The notes beneath the pieces are model-generated. The model was given only the letters and a program-made list of their open reading frames with translations. It was not told where the DNA came from and did not search any database. Positions 39,739-49,735 of a stretch of DNA of 64,000 nucleotides are shown here, piece by piece. The DNA is taken from positions 3,601 through 67,600 of IMG/VR virus record IMGVR_UViG_3300043539_000496; one strand, 5' to 3'. The stretch's first letter is position 1, and each line of letters opens with the position of its first letter. The position numbers were made by a program, and so were the translations under genes. The DNA is from a virus.

Positions 39739-41445
39739 TTAAGGACAAGAATAATTTTTAATATCTGTGTTACATGGATCAAGATAAGCTATTAAACCAT
39801 CTAAATCTATCCAACCAAATCCACCCAAATTAGTTTCATCATTAGCATCACAATCAAATTCATATCTTAATGTAGAATCATAATCTAATTCAACAGGTTG
39901 TACACCTGAAACAGGTGAACTTGCCATTACACTTGATGCACTTTGATATTTTGGTACAAATTCATTATTTCTTACATGTGATATTAAATTGTTTAAAAGT
40001 GAAGTACTGTGTGGATTACCTGGTGTTCCTCCAGTACCAGCCGTTTCTTCAATATCTTTTACTAATTGTAATACTAATCTTTTATCTGCTGTAATTGATG
40101 GTCTTAATAAAGTTGATAAAGTTCCACTGTATGTAGGTGAAGTATCAATACGAATAAATCTAAGTGCTATTTTAAAACCCATAGAATATGTATTATCAAA
40201 ATTTAAAGCATTAGCAACTACAGATGTTGGTATAACTGACAAACCTTGATTAAATGTAATAGAACCACCAGAATTTAATACTACAGATCCAGGACCCGTT
40301 GTTGATGGTGTTACTGTTGAATTTCCAAAATAAGTATCTGTTAATGGAGAAGATCCTTTATAATCCCACTCTAATGGTTGATTACCAGGAGGTTCTTGTA
40401 AAGGAATCATTAATATACCTCTAAAATGTACTTGATTACCAATTCTTCTACATTGAGGAACTCTTGTAGCACTATTTACCCCATACCATAAAAATCCATT
40501 TAAATCTACCCATCCTGTATCTACAATGTTTGCTGTTAATACTCCTGAAGTATAATCAAGATCTATAGTGTTTGTATCTTGAACAGTTAAAGTTAATGTT
40601 GATACATATGTGTATATATCACAAAGTGCTATCCATAAATTATTTAGTGCATCAGCTGCAGTAATAGGATTGTTTTGCCAAGTTCCTGCTCCTGTATAAG
40701 GACCATATGCTGTTTGCATGTCTTGTCCAGGATTAGCAAGTGATGGTGAACCATTAAGAATACATTGAGATAATACTGCTGAAGTTATTTCTGCTGGTAA
40801 TCCTGTTGATGCAAGTAATTCACAATATGAAATTAAAGGATCATTTACCAATGCATTTACTACAAGATCAATTGTTGCTGAAGGATTTCCAATTGCACTT
40901 GCAAAACAATTTGTTGATATAGAAGGTAATGTATATGTACTACCTTGATTAACTATTATTTCTAATGAATTTACCTGAAGTTGTAAGTTATCAATTTGAG
41001 TTTGTATATCAGCTACTTGATCTACTAGATTACAAACTCTTATACCTATTGCAATAACATATTCAGTTAATGTCATTACTGTAATTCCATTTACTATAAA
41101 ACAAGGTGCTACTGTGATAAATGGATCACTTTTTATTTCATCAGGATTATTACTTGATTGTCCTCCAACAATATTATTTAGATTACATACTTGATCAATT
41201 AAAAATTGTAAGAATGCTTGATAGGTATCAGGTTTACAACCTACTAAATCAAAACATGAAAGATCATAGTTTGATATATTTAATTGATCCATTATTGTAC
41301 AAAGTTCAGTAGCTAGTTTAGCAACTACATCAGATACAGTATCTCCTGTACATAATTTAATACAATCTAAATTAGGTCCTTGCCATATAACACAATTACT
41401 TGATATAGGACTACAAGGAGAATTATCAAAATTTAGTGGTTTCAT
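39739..41445 (-). CDS. Fibre-like structural protein
   Basis: CVIWQGP N-terminal motif shared with 38144..39727; short coiled coil; DTGW...CRRIGNQVHFRG fibre-tip-like motif. Confidence 0.55.
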   Translation of the reverse strand: MKPLNFDNSPCSPISSNCVIWQGPNLDCIKLCTGDTVSDVVAKLATELCTIMDQLNISNYDLSCFDLVGCKPDTYQAFLQFLIDQVCNLNNIVGGQSSNNPDEIKSDPFITVAPCFIVNGITVMTLTEYVIAIGIRVCNLVDQVADIQTQIDNLQLQVNSLEIIVNQGSTYTLPSISTNCFASAIGNPSATIDLVVNALVNDPLISYCELLASTGLPAEITSAVLSQCILNGSPSLANPGQDMQTAYGPYTGAGTWQNNPITAADALNNLWIALCDIYTYVSTLTLTVQDTNTIDLDYTSGVLTANIVDTGWVDLNGFLWYGVNSATRVPQCRRIGNQVHFRGILMIPLQEPPGNQPLEWDYKGSSPLTDTYFGNSTVTPSTTGPGSVVLNSGGSITFNQGLSVIPTSVVANALNFDNTYSMGFKIALRFIRIDTSPTYSGTLSTLLRPSITADKRLVLQLVKDIEETAGTGGTPGNPHSTSLLNNLISHVRNNEFVPKYQSASSVMASSPVSGVQPVELDYDSTLRYEFDCDANDETNLGGFGWIDLDGLIAYLDPCNTDIKNYSCP

Positions 41446-41462
41446 ATTTTTTCTATTAATAT

Positions 41463-41469
41463 AATATAC
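41463..41469 (-). promoter_or_regulatory. GTATATT element
   Basis: Same core in the gap upstream of ATG 41445. Confidence 0.4.
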
Positions 41470-41484
41470 ATAATTTTATTGAGA

Positions 41485-42747
41485 TTAACAAGGGTTATTT
41501 AGATAAGTTAATCCAACCTGCCAATATTTTCTAGCACTACAGTCTATATATTTATTAGAACTTCCGTTAGGAGTTGTAATATATTCAATTGATGTAGGGT
41601 CTACATATTTTACATTGTGTGTACCATCCCATGCCTTGATTCCCATTTCTATTGCAGTGTTATCTATTCTATTTGCATAACCAAATATAAAATCACTTCC
41701 TACTTTAGTTCCTGCAAATACATGTCCTACAATCTTTCTTACCCCATTAAAATCTGCAATTAATGCAGAACCTGAATCTCCACTATATACGGGATTAGGA
41801 CATGTAGGAGATAAGGCAGGATCTGTTGCAGGATCTGTTTTTACATATGTAATCTGATCTGTAAATACTACTGGGGAAAATCCTCCTTGTTTTGCATACA
41901 AGATTGGAAATGCAGTAAAGATAGAAAAAATTCTAAGTGGACATAAAGGTCCTCCTTTTGGGCCTGTAGTTCTACCAGAACTATATATCATAGGATTAGT
42001 AATAAGCAAATCATCTATCTCATCAGAAGTAGCAAATGGTAAAGGATCACTATATGTTTCTCCACTTTGCATAACTGACTTAGATATAATAGATTGTTCT
42101 ATATCTGATTTTTGTAATGAAAATATAGCACAGTCTACTCTATTATCTGAGTTTGCTGATACAGGTACATACCTTAATGATAAACCTATATTATAATTTG
42201 ATGGTGGAATAAATCCACTTTCTCCATCTTGATAAACTGTATTTACTGGAGTATATTCATTTCTTATTAAACCTAACAAGTTTCTTTCAGAAGTTAAAAA
42301 TGAATCTTGTATAATAACGTGATTATTTGTTACTCCAACTAATGCATTTGTTTCTTCATGTACTGCAATAAATCCAAATGTACCTACTGAAAATACAGTG
42401 TTTGTAGAAGATATTGAAAGTCCACCTACTAAGGGTCTTGTTAAAGTTCTGTTTGCTGCAGAGTTAGGTCCTGCTACTTGTCCACAAAAAGCATTACATA
42501 CAAGTAATTCTGGCATAGGAGCTTCAAACACATCTGTTTTTATATCATCTGCACCAACAGATATTGTTCTAGGAATAATTTCTTCAGTAGATAGTTCAGC
42601 TAATGATTTCTTTTTTGCTACACCATATAGTATTGCTAACTCATTTGTTTGTATACCATTTATAAATTTATAACCATATGATATACTTGTAACATTTGGT
42701 AATGACATTGAAGCTAATTCTTTTATCTTTTCTTTAATGTGTTTCAT
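41485..42747 (-). CDS. Trypsin/chymotrypsin-like serine protease
   Basis: GTFG...VTNNHV (His), VDCA (Asp), SGRTTG, GDSGS (Ser), VGHVFAG. Confidence 0.85.
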   Translation of the reverse strand: MKHIKEKIKELASMSLPNVTSISYGYKFINGIQTNELAILYGVAKKKSLAELSTEEIIPRTISVGADDIKTDVFEAPMPELLVCNAFCGQVAGPNSAANRTLTRPLVGGLSISSTNTVFSVGTFGFIAVHEETNALVGVTNNHVIIQDSFLTSERNLLGLIRNEYTPVNTVYQDGESGFIPPSNYNIGLSLRYVPVSANSDNRVDCAIFSLQKSDIEQSIISKSVMQSGETYSDPLPFATSDEIDDLLITNPMIYSSGRTTGPKGGPLCPLRIFSIFTAFPILYAKQGGFSPVVFTDQITYVKTDPATDPALSPTCPNPVYSGDSGSALIADFNGVRKIVGHVFAGTKVGSDFIFGYANRIDNTAIEMGIKAWDGTHNVKYVDPTSIEYITTPNGSSNKYIDCSARKYWQVGLTYLNNPC

Positions 42748-42748
42748 T

Positions 42749-45268
42749 TTAGATAGCTTTAAATGTTGTATATACTGTACTAATAAGTGGTGGAGGAGGT
42801 ACAGGAGTTATTTTTGCAGGTGGTATCAATGCTTGTAAATCAACCAATTCTTTTTGGATAATATACTTTTCATCATCATCACCACAACAGTTTGAAATAC
42901 CATATCTTAATTCCATAACTTTTCTGTACATAGCTTCTGCTGCTCTACAAGATATTTCTTCATACTTCCAAGTCTCACAAGCTGGTGTATTATATCCAGG
43001 TCTTACAGATTTTTTAGTATGTTTTCTAGGAGGGCATATACCATTAACACAGTCTCCAAAATATTCAATTGTATTTTGACATTCTTTAGTTGTAATAACT
43101 GTAGTTACTTGCGTAGGAATACTTGATGATTGATGCCATGTACCAACTGGGCAATTTAAATTTACTACAGATTCTAAATAATAATTATTTGATACTGTTT
43201 CTAATATCCATTTTGTACCATCATAATATATTATACTGTCATTAAAAGTCCAAACAGGTTTATTATTTTGATATTCTCCAGATGGATATATAACAACATT
43301 TTGTGTAATTGTTCCATTAGTTTCAGTAAGAACTAAACAGTTACAACTTTCTGGTACTAACCATTTTATTACACATATCCTTTCACTTTTTTGTCCAGGT
43401 GCAAGTGTAACAGTTTGTAACTGACCATAGCAATTAATATAACTATAGGTTTGTATTACAGCATCATAATTTTTAATTGTACTACAAATACATTTTGCAT
43501 CTGTAATACAATCAATACATTCCTCATATGAATTTTGTATATCAGATACAATACCTGCATTTTCAGTTTCTGTTGTAGTAGTTACTTTCCAACATGTATC
43601 TGGACACCATTCTAATTTAATATACTGATCTAAGTATGCTGATAGATCCGTATAAGTAATTATAGTATTTAAAGGATTATAACAATCTGTAAGTAGATAA
43701 TGTATTCTTTCACATTCATCACAATTTGTAAATCCTTGTACAACCTCTATTGGTGTATTAGTTGGAATAGGTGTATTTATTTCAGTTACAATCCAACAAC
43801 CACCACAGTCTTTTCTTATAATAGTTTGATCAATATAAAGTGAAAGATCCGATGATGTATAAATAAATACATTTGGATTTAAACAACTAGTTAACTTGTA
43901 ATTAGTATCTCCTTTACATACTCTACAACAACTACTTACAGTTAAAACAGTTACATTAATTGGACACTCACAATCTATAGGTGATTCTTTTACTTCCCAA
44001 CATTCTGTAAAACCATCAATTGTTATTATCTGATTATTTAATACAATCTGTTCTAAAGCTGCAGTTGTACTGTATATGATATTAGTAGGATTATCACACT
44101 CTGTAAGTTGATAACATTTAACTGGACATACCCATTCAACATTTTCTTCACAAGTTATAGGATCTAACACCTGTTGCTGAACACAATCACCACTATTTGT
44201 AATAACTATTGTTTCATCAATTGGTGCATCAACTAATGGATATGCTCTTGCACAAAATTGATTATAAGTTGCTGGATTTAAAACCTGTACAAAATTACCT
44301 TCACAATCTATATAATTTATAGATGTTGCATTACCAATTACTGTATAACATGCACAATCACAATCACAATATATTACTGGATCTATAGTAATATCAATAG
44401 GATCTGTACATGTAGTATTTGCTAGTTCTTCTACAAAAACACAAAGACTAGTTATGTTATCTGCTGGATCAACACTAGTTACAACTATATTTAATCCTAC
44501 ATAAGCTGACAGATCTACATTTGTAGTAAATACAGGAATAGATCCATCACATGACCATAATGCATAACATGATGTATTACATGTAGGACATTCACTAATA
44601 AATGCAGCACAATTATCATTTATATAAGAACGGTAATTATAAGTACTAGGATTATCTGGTGGAGCTAATTGTAAATTATTATATTCAGCTGTTGATGTAA
44701 TAAATGATGTTGGACCTACTGCAGAAGATGTTATACTATAACATGTATTAGTAATTAATCCTGGAGGCATAGACATTCCAGCTCCATCTGTTGCTGGATA
44801 ATTTGGACCAATATATAATGCTACTCCTGTAGAAGGAATTACACCCGGATAGTTTCCATTTATATCAGTGACTCTAAAATATAAAGAAGGACCACCACAA
44901 CATGGACTATATATTAAAAATCTAGGTGTCCAGGTGTTGTCTGGTTGAGCAGTACAAGCATCAATACAATTTTGAGTAGCACAATTTTTTGGATTTGCTA
45001 CATTTAATGCAAAATTTCCAATTACTAATGGGGTACTTGTAACTGCAACAAAAGTACTTGTTATTGGTGCACTACCTCTAGAAAAAATATAACATTGTGG
45101 AGTAAGCAAAGTATCATACAAAGGTGTTCCTGTTGACGTACCTATTACAGGAGGCCCATTATAAATATAAACATTGTTATTAGTAAGACCTGGAATATCA
45201 CCTTCAAAAGTAAGACTGCTTCCTGGACTACAACAAGGAGTAAATATTATAATTGTTTTAACTGCCAT
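42749..45268 (-). CDS. Cys-rich repeat structural protein (839 aa)
   Basis: Four Y-x-L-x-x-C...DLSxY...CW-x-V-type repeats, two YI[DN]CxG repeats, two PCC repeats. Confidence 0.6.
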   Translation of the reverse strand: MAVKTIIIFTPCCSPGSSLTFEGDIPGLTNNNVYIYNGPPVIGTSTGTPLYDTLLTPQCYIFSRGSAPITSTFVAVTSTPLVIGNFALNVANPKNCATQNCIDACTAQPDNTWTPRFLIYSPCCGGPSLYFRVTDINGNYPGVIPSTGVALYIGPNYPATDGAGMSMPPGLITNTCYSITSSAVGPTSFITSTAEYNNLQLAPPDNPSTYNYRSYINDNCAAFISECPTCNTSCYALWSCDGSIPVFTTNVDLSAYVGLNIVVTSVDPADNITSLCVFVEELANTTCTDPIDITIDPVIYCDCDCACYTVIGNATSINYIDCEGNFVQVLNPATYNQFCARAYPLVDAPIDETIVITNSGDCVQQQVLDPITCEENVEWVCPVKCYQLTECDNPTNIIYSTTAALEQIVLNNQIITIDGFTECWEVKESPIDCECPINVTVLTVSSCCRVCKGDTNYKLTSCLNPNVFIYTSSDLSLYIDQTIIRKDCGGCWIVTEINTPIPTNTPIEVVQGFTNCDECERIHYLLTDCYNPLNTIITYTDLSAYLDQYIKLEWCPDTCWKVTTTTETENAGIVSDIQNSYEECIDCITDAKCICSTIKNYDAVIQTYSYINCYGQLQTVTLAPGQKSERICVIKWLVPESCNCLVLTETNGTITQNVVIYPSGEYQNNKPVWTFNDSIIYYDGTKWILETVSNNYYLESVVNLNCPVGTWHQSSSIPTQVTTVITTKECQNTIEYFGDCVNGICPPRKHTKKSVRPGYNTPACETWKYEEISCRAAEAMYRKVMELRYGISNCCGDDDEKYIIQKELVDLQALIPPAKITPVPPPPLISTVYTTFKAI

Positions 45269-45269
45269 T

Positions 45270-45479
45270 TTATTTAATAAATTTTTTCAAGTTCAGATAT
45301 CTATTTGGTCCCCAAACATTTTTATTTACATTAGGTTGATTAGAAGATTTAGCTGTAGTTGGTTCTGGTTTTTTCTCAGCTTTACTAGCACAACTACTAC
45401 ATCCTTGTTTTCCATTGGGAAGTGTTCTTTTCTGACATCCACAACTTAATTTGGCTCCACAATTAGGACAACTACTCAT
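45270..45479 (-). CDS. Small Cys-rich metal-binding protein
   Basis: CPNC...CGC...CSSC in 69 aa; AAACCAACAA leader. Confidence 0.6.
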   Translation of the reverse strand: MSSCPNCGAKLSCGCQKRTLPNGKQGCSSCASKAEKKPEPTTAKSSNQPNVNKNVWGPNRYLNLKKFIK

Positions 45480-45498
45480 TTTTTGTTGGTTTTAAAGT

Positions 45499-46056
45499 TT
45501 AACAATTTACACAATCCATTTTCTTTAATAATTTCAAAGCATAGTTATAAAGACTCATTCCTTTCTGAGGCTCGTGACAAAACTCTACTTTTGATTTTGC
45601 AGCATCAAGATACATCTTAATCATTCTCAGCATTTCTAATTTTTGTTTAACTTTTGCTGGTGGATCACAATCTGCTACATCTACTCTACAAAGAATATTA
45701 TAATATCTATTTAATGCTTGTGTGATTCTCATATGATTATACTCTACATATACTACATCATTTGGAGATACACTATATTTAATAATATATACTCCATCAG
45801 GTAGATCAGCACATGTAGTTCCACAATTTACAGTTTGAACACCAAGATCACAAGCACTTATATTTTCTAAAAATCCAGAACATCCAGCACATGCATCAAC
45901 ATCTAATTGTACTGAATAAGAAAAACCAGGTAATGTAATATTTAATGTTTCACATACCACTGGAATTGCTTCTGAATATATACTAGTATCAAAGACAGTA
46001 AGAATACATGCATTCATTACAGTTGGTACTTCTAAACTTAAAATATGATTTGCCAT
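45499..46056 (-). CDS. Hypothetical structural protein (possible fibre attachment/hub)
   Basis: LPDGVYIIKYSV motif; position in the structural block. Confidence 0.5.
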   Translation of the reverse strand: MANHILSLEVPTVMNACILTVFDTSIYSEAIPVVCETLNITLPGFSYSVQLDVDACAGCSGFLENISACDLGVQTVNCGTTCADLPDGVYIIKYSVSPNDVVYVEYNHMRITQALNRYYNILCRVDVADCDPPAKVKQKLEMLRMIKMYLDAAKSKVEFCHEPQKGMSLYNYALKLLKKMDCVNC

Positions 46057-46068
46057 GGTTTTTATAAT

Positions 46069-46103
46069 AAAAAAGGGGAGGAGTTTGAAACTCTTCTCCC
46101 CTT
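46069..46103 (-). terminator. Rho-independent terminator
   Basis: AAGGGGAG...CTCCCCTT stem followed by a T-run, after 46129..47706. Confidence 0.8.
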
Positions 46104-46128
46104 ATTGTTTATACTAATACTAGAAAGA

Positions 46129-47706
46129 CTAAGGAGTCTGACAAATTACTGTTACGTTAGGAGTGAAATTAGTTGTTAAAACTGGGAAGTTATAAACTGG
46201 TTCACAAACCGGTTCAACACATCCTTCAATTTCCATACCTGTACACTGAGAACACTCTTCTAACCATGCATCAACAAAAGTTTCAAATGCAGCAATACGA
46301 TCACAAGTGATAACTTCTAACAAGTATTGATCATTATCAAATGTACTGGTTGGGTTATTGAAACGTGGAACATTGTGTTGCAAGAAATATCTTGTATACA
46401 AAGTATTTCTATTGATAAAATCAAACACACTGTAACCTTGAGTAATCTCACGGATACGGAAGTCTGAATGGAAGAAGTTTTGTCTGTATTGTTCAGATAA
46501 AATTATATCTCTTGCAACTGACTCACCTAATCCCATTGCTTGTCTTCCTTCACATTCTGTAACAACACATACTCCATCAAACAAACATGGATCACCATTT
46601 AAGTCTACTTCAGAAGCATACAATCTTACTGGCTCTAATTCATAGAAGTCAGAGATTTGGAATGTACAGTTTTGGAATTTAGTATCTACATAAGCTCCAT
46701 TAAGAACTAATCCAGCACAACCATCAGGAGTGTGTCCTGGAGATACATAATGATCCCAAGTATCAACACCATTAGCAGCTAAGAAAGAAGCACTTGTTCC
46801 TGGTGCATACCAAGGAGTACCTGTCTCATCAACTAAGATGATTTGCATAAATGGAGAGATAACTGGATATCTTGTAATAGCCTCAGCCCATTGTTTGAAG
46901 ATTAATGTAGAGTCAATTACTACTGGAGCAATTGCACCATCAGGACAACATCCACCATATGCAGAAGCAATGATGTAAGAGTTGTGGTTAAGTAATCTTA
47001 ATGCAGGAGAACCTTTAACATCAACACGTAATGTATAAGTCTCACCACAGAAAAATTCTTTACAACAGTTAGCACCAACACCAGCTGTTACAACAAATAT
47101 AGGTTGTGTACCATCACCATCTTCAGGAATAAGTTCATCACTAGTTGTAGCTGTATCAGCTGTTGTCCAATCTGAACCACCATTTACAATTTCTACAAAA
47201 GTAACTACACCACCTACTACAGTGATATTAACTACTAATCCAGTGCCTGCACCAGATAATGGAATGTCTGTATACACACCATCAACTAAGTTAACACCTG
47301 GATCACCAGCACCAGCCGTAGATAATGATAATGCAACACTATCAGTCCAAGCTGTGTTACCAATATGGATAACATTATTTTGTGGTAAACATGGATCTAC
47401 ACGGTAGAACTTGTTTACATATCTTGGATTAATTTCCTTAGACTTGTTAGATTCTAAGTATCCTCCGTGGAAAGGACCAATTTTATCATTTTGATAAATT
47501 GAACCTGCAGCAAGAATAAGGTTACAACAACCAACCGTAACAGCATTATAAATTGTTGGAACTACAGTCCAGTTTCTAGGATTAACAAATCCAAATTGAC
47601 CACCTTCAAAAATATTTCCAGTAGTACCAAGTTGACCACCATTAAGATCAGTATAACCTTCTGTTCCCACAAAGGTTTTTCTAAAGGCATGATTAAAATA
47701 ACTCAT
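46129..47706 (-). CDS. Abundant structural protein (crAss gene-74/auxiliary capsid-like) with an inserted Gly/Val/Thr beta domain
   Basis: Has its own promoter-like motif and terminator; gene order; insertion GTGLVVNITVVGGVVTFVEIVNGGSDW. Confidence 0.5.
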   Translation of the reverse strand: MSYFNHAFRKTFVGTEGYTDLNGGQLGTTGNIFEGGQFGFVNPRNWTVVPTIYNAVTVGCCNLILAAGSIYQNDKIGPFHGGYLESNKSKEINPRYVNKFYRVDPCLPQNNVIHIGNTAWTDSVALSLSTAGAGDPGVNLVDGVYTDIPLSGAGTGLVVNITVVGGVVTFVEIVNGGSDWTTADTATTSDELIPEDGDGTQPIFVVTAGVGANCCKEFFCGETYTLRVDVKGSPALRLLNHNSYIIASAYGGCCPDGAIAPVVIDSTLIFKQWAEAITRYPVISPFMQIILVDETGTPWYAPGTSASFLAANGVDTWDHYVSPGHTPDGCAGLVLNGAYVDTKFQNCTFQISDFYELEPVRLYASEVDLNGDPCLFDGVCVVTECEGRQAMGLGESVARDIILSEQYRQNFFHSDFRIREITQGYSVFDFINRNTLYTRYFLQHNVPRFNNPTSTFDNDQYLLEVITCDRIAAFETFVDAWLEECSQCTGMEIEGCVEPVCEPVYNFPVLTTNFTPNVTVICQTP

Positions 47707-47739
47707 TGTTTTTTGTTTTAGTTAATAAATATATACTAT

Positions 47740-47751
47740 AATATACTAAAA
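47740..47751 (-). promoter_or_regulatory. WGTATATT element, putative promoter
   Basis: TTTTAGTATATT upstream of ATG 47706. Confidence 0.5.
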
Positions 47752-47782
47752 GTTTTTGAAATATCAAAACTTTTAAAAAAAT

Positions 47783-48397
47783 TTATCCGGCCATTTCATT
47801 ATCAAGTAATCTAAGAGCAATCTTATCTGTACCAAAAGCTTCAAGTTTATCCATCCAAGTTTGAGTTTTATCATGTTCTTCCACTTGTTCTTTTAGATAA
47901 GCAAGACATAATTCATACAACATATGATCACCATCAGACAATGCATGATTAGCCATTTCTTTTATTTGTTTAGATACTTCTATTTCATGTTCAAATGACA
48001 TCTTAATAATTTCAGGAAGACCTGAAAAAGTTTGTTTAGGTTGATCTAATCTAGGTGTAGCCGGTTGGATACCAAATGACAACATATACTTTCTTGCTAT
48101 ATCAGCATGTTTCATTTCTTCATCTGAGTATGTTCTCCATAATGCTGCTGCACCCATGTAACCTTCATTGTTTAACCACATAGACATTGATAGATATATT
48201 CTTGCTGAATATTCTTCTTGTTGTATTCTATAGTTAAGATAACTAGCACATGAATCATCTAGTAGAGGATTCTTTGTTTTAGTTGTAGGAACTTCTGTTG
48301 TAGTACCTTCACTAGGTTTAGAAATATCCATATGTTTATTTTCTAATCCCACAACTGTATTAGTTGGTCTTTTTAAAGATCTTGGTTTTGCTTCCAT
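47783..48397 (-). CDS. ftnA: Non-heme ferritin with N-terminal extension
   Basis: LNYRIQQEEYSARIYLSMSMW, EEMKHA, EHEIEV, EQVEE: ferroxidase-centre pattern of bacterial ferritins. Confidence 0.85.
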   Translation of the reverse strand: MEAKPRSLKRPTNTVVGLENKHMDISKPSEGTTTEVPTTKTKNPLLDDSCASYLNYRIQQEEYSARIYLSMSMWLNNEGYMGAAALWRTYSDEEMKHADIARKYMLSFGIQPATPRLDQPKQTFSGLPEIIKMSFEHEIEVSKQIKEMANHALSDGDHMLYELCLAYLKEQVEEHDKTQTWMDKLEAFGTDKIALRLLDNEMAG

Positions 48398-48399
48398 AA

Positions 48400-49098
48400 T
48401 TAGTTACTTCTTTCTGCAGATTCTTGTGTTCTAGAGAACTGATTTCCAGATTCTATATCTCCAGCTAAGATACTTACTGCTTCGTCTATTATTAATTCTA
48501 TTATATCATCTTTGAATTCTGATTGTACTTCTGTAGTAGAAATGATTCCCGTGTAGGGATCTGAACACCCGTTTATTTGTATCTTAATAGGTTGTCTATA
48601 ATAAGTAAGTTGTGCATCAGATACATCAAACTCATTGTTTGTATAAACGTGTACTGTATCATTAATCAAAGTAGCAAATGTTTCTGCCCAATCAAAACTT
48701 GGTTGCTTTAATTTATCTCTTAGAAGTTGATTTAAATTACCTTCTTCTGCAAGATAAACATTCATTCTTCTTTTATCACAACATTCTTTTTTAGCATAGA
48801 CATCTACTCTTTTCCACTGTAAATAATCTTGAGGAATGTTTCCCTCATAGTATTGATCTTTTTTTATTGTGGAAAACGGTTCTTTTATTAATAACTTTTG
48901 TAAGTCATCTTTTCTACGAGTAGATTGTTCATCACCTTCTTTAACTATATTAAGACCATGAAGTTGTCTTCTAACCCATTCTACCTGAGCTTTATTAAAA
49001 GACTCAACAATTTGCCAGCAGTTTATATTATCATAATCCTGACTGTCAAGCTTGTTAAGCCTCTGTTTCATCTTTATGGTAATAGTACTATTAAGCAT
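48400..49098 (-). CDS. Ring/head-tail structural protein (crAss gene-73-like)
   Basis: LNKLDS...FNKAQ...YYRQP...IIDEAV pattern; gene order. Confidence 0.55.
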   Translation of the reverse strand: MLNSTITIKMKQRLNKLDSQDYDNINCWQIVESFNKAQVEWVRRQLHGLNIVKEGDEQSTRRKDDLQKLLIKEPFSTIKKDQYYEGNIPQDYLQWKRVDVYAKKECCDKRRMNVYLAEEGNLNQLLRDKLKQPSFDWAETFATLINDTVHVYTNNEFDVSDAQLTYYRQPIKIQINGCSDPYTGIISTTEVQSEFKDDIIELIIDEAVSILAGDIESGNQFSRTQESAERSN

Positions 49099-49101
49099 GT
49101 C

Positions 49102-49584
49102 TTACTTCTTTTTTCTTTTTATAGCTCCACCTTTTTTTCTAATCAAAGGAGTTGTATGACCAAGAGTAGTATTTCCAAAACCTCCTCCTTTTATAGGACC
49201 CAAATCAGGAGGAACTAAATCTCTCATTCTTACACTATCTGGTGGAGTTGTATTTTGGCTTCCATAACCTCTTAATGGTATATGACCAGGAGTAGTATTT
49301 CCATAAGGTCCACCAGGTACTGGTTTAGAAGGTTTTGGTGTACTAACTGGTGCAGATGATGTATTTATCAGTGCATCAAATGCTGCATCATCTGCTGCCA
49401 TTCTACCCATACCAGATCCACCACCATTATCTTTTCTTGGCAATGGTGCATTTTTAGGAACATTATATCCTCCATTTTTAAACATTGCTTTTATTTTTTC
49501 TCCACCTTCTCTAAAGAATTTAAGTGGATTACCTAGTGGAGCTCCAGTAGGACTTTTCTTAACTTGTGTTTTTTTAGTTGCCAT
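49102..49584 (-). CDS. Small basic G/P-rich protein
   Basis: Ends RKKGGAIKRKKK; internal GNTTxGH repeat. Confidence 0.65.
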   Translation of the reverse strand: MATKKTQVKKSPTGAPLGNPLKFFREGGEKIKAMFKNGGYNVPKNAPLPRKDNGGGSGMGRMAADDAAFDALINTSSAPVSTPKPSKPVPGGPYGNTTPGHIPLRGYGSQNTTPPDSVRMRDLVPPDLGPIKGGGFGNTTLGHTTPLIRKKGGAIKRKKK

Positions 49585-49586
49585 GA

Positions 49587-49733
49587 TTATTTATTTTTAG
49601 CCATTTTTTTAAAAGTTCTTGCAAGAGCTGCTCTCTTAGGAGTACAAGTAGGTTTAGACATTGGAGTACAGTAACCTTTATGTTTAGGGTTAACTGCTTT
49701 TTGTATCCATTTCTTATCCTTCTTTTCAGCCAT
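49587..49733 (-). CDS. Lys-rich microprotein (48 aa; not in ORF track)
   Basis: MAEKKDKKWIQKAVNPKHKGYCTPMSKPTCTPKRAALARTFKKMAKNK; fills the gap with 2-nt spacers. Confidence 0.75.
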   Translation of the reverse strand: MAEKKDKKWIQKAVNPKHKGYCTPMSKPTCTPKRAALARTFKKMAKNK

Positions 49734-49735
49734 GA

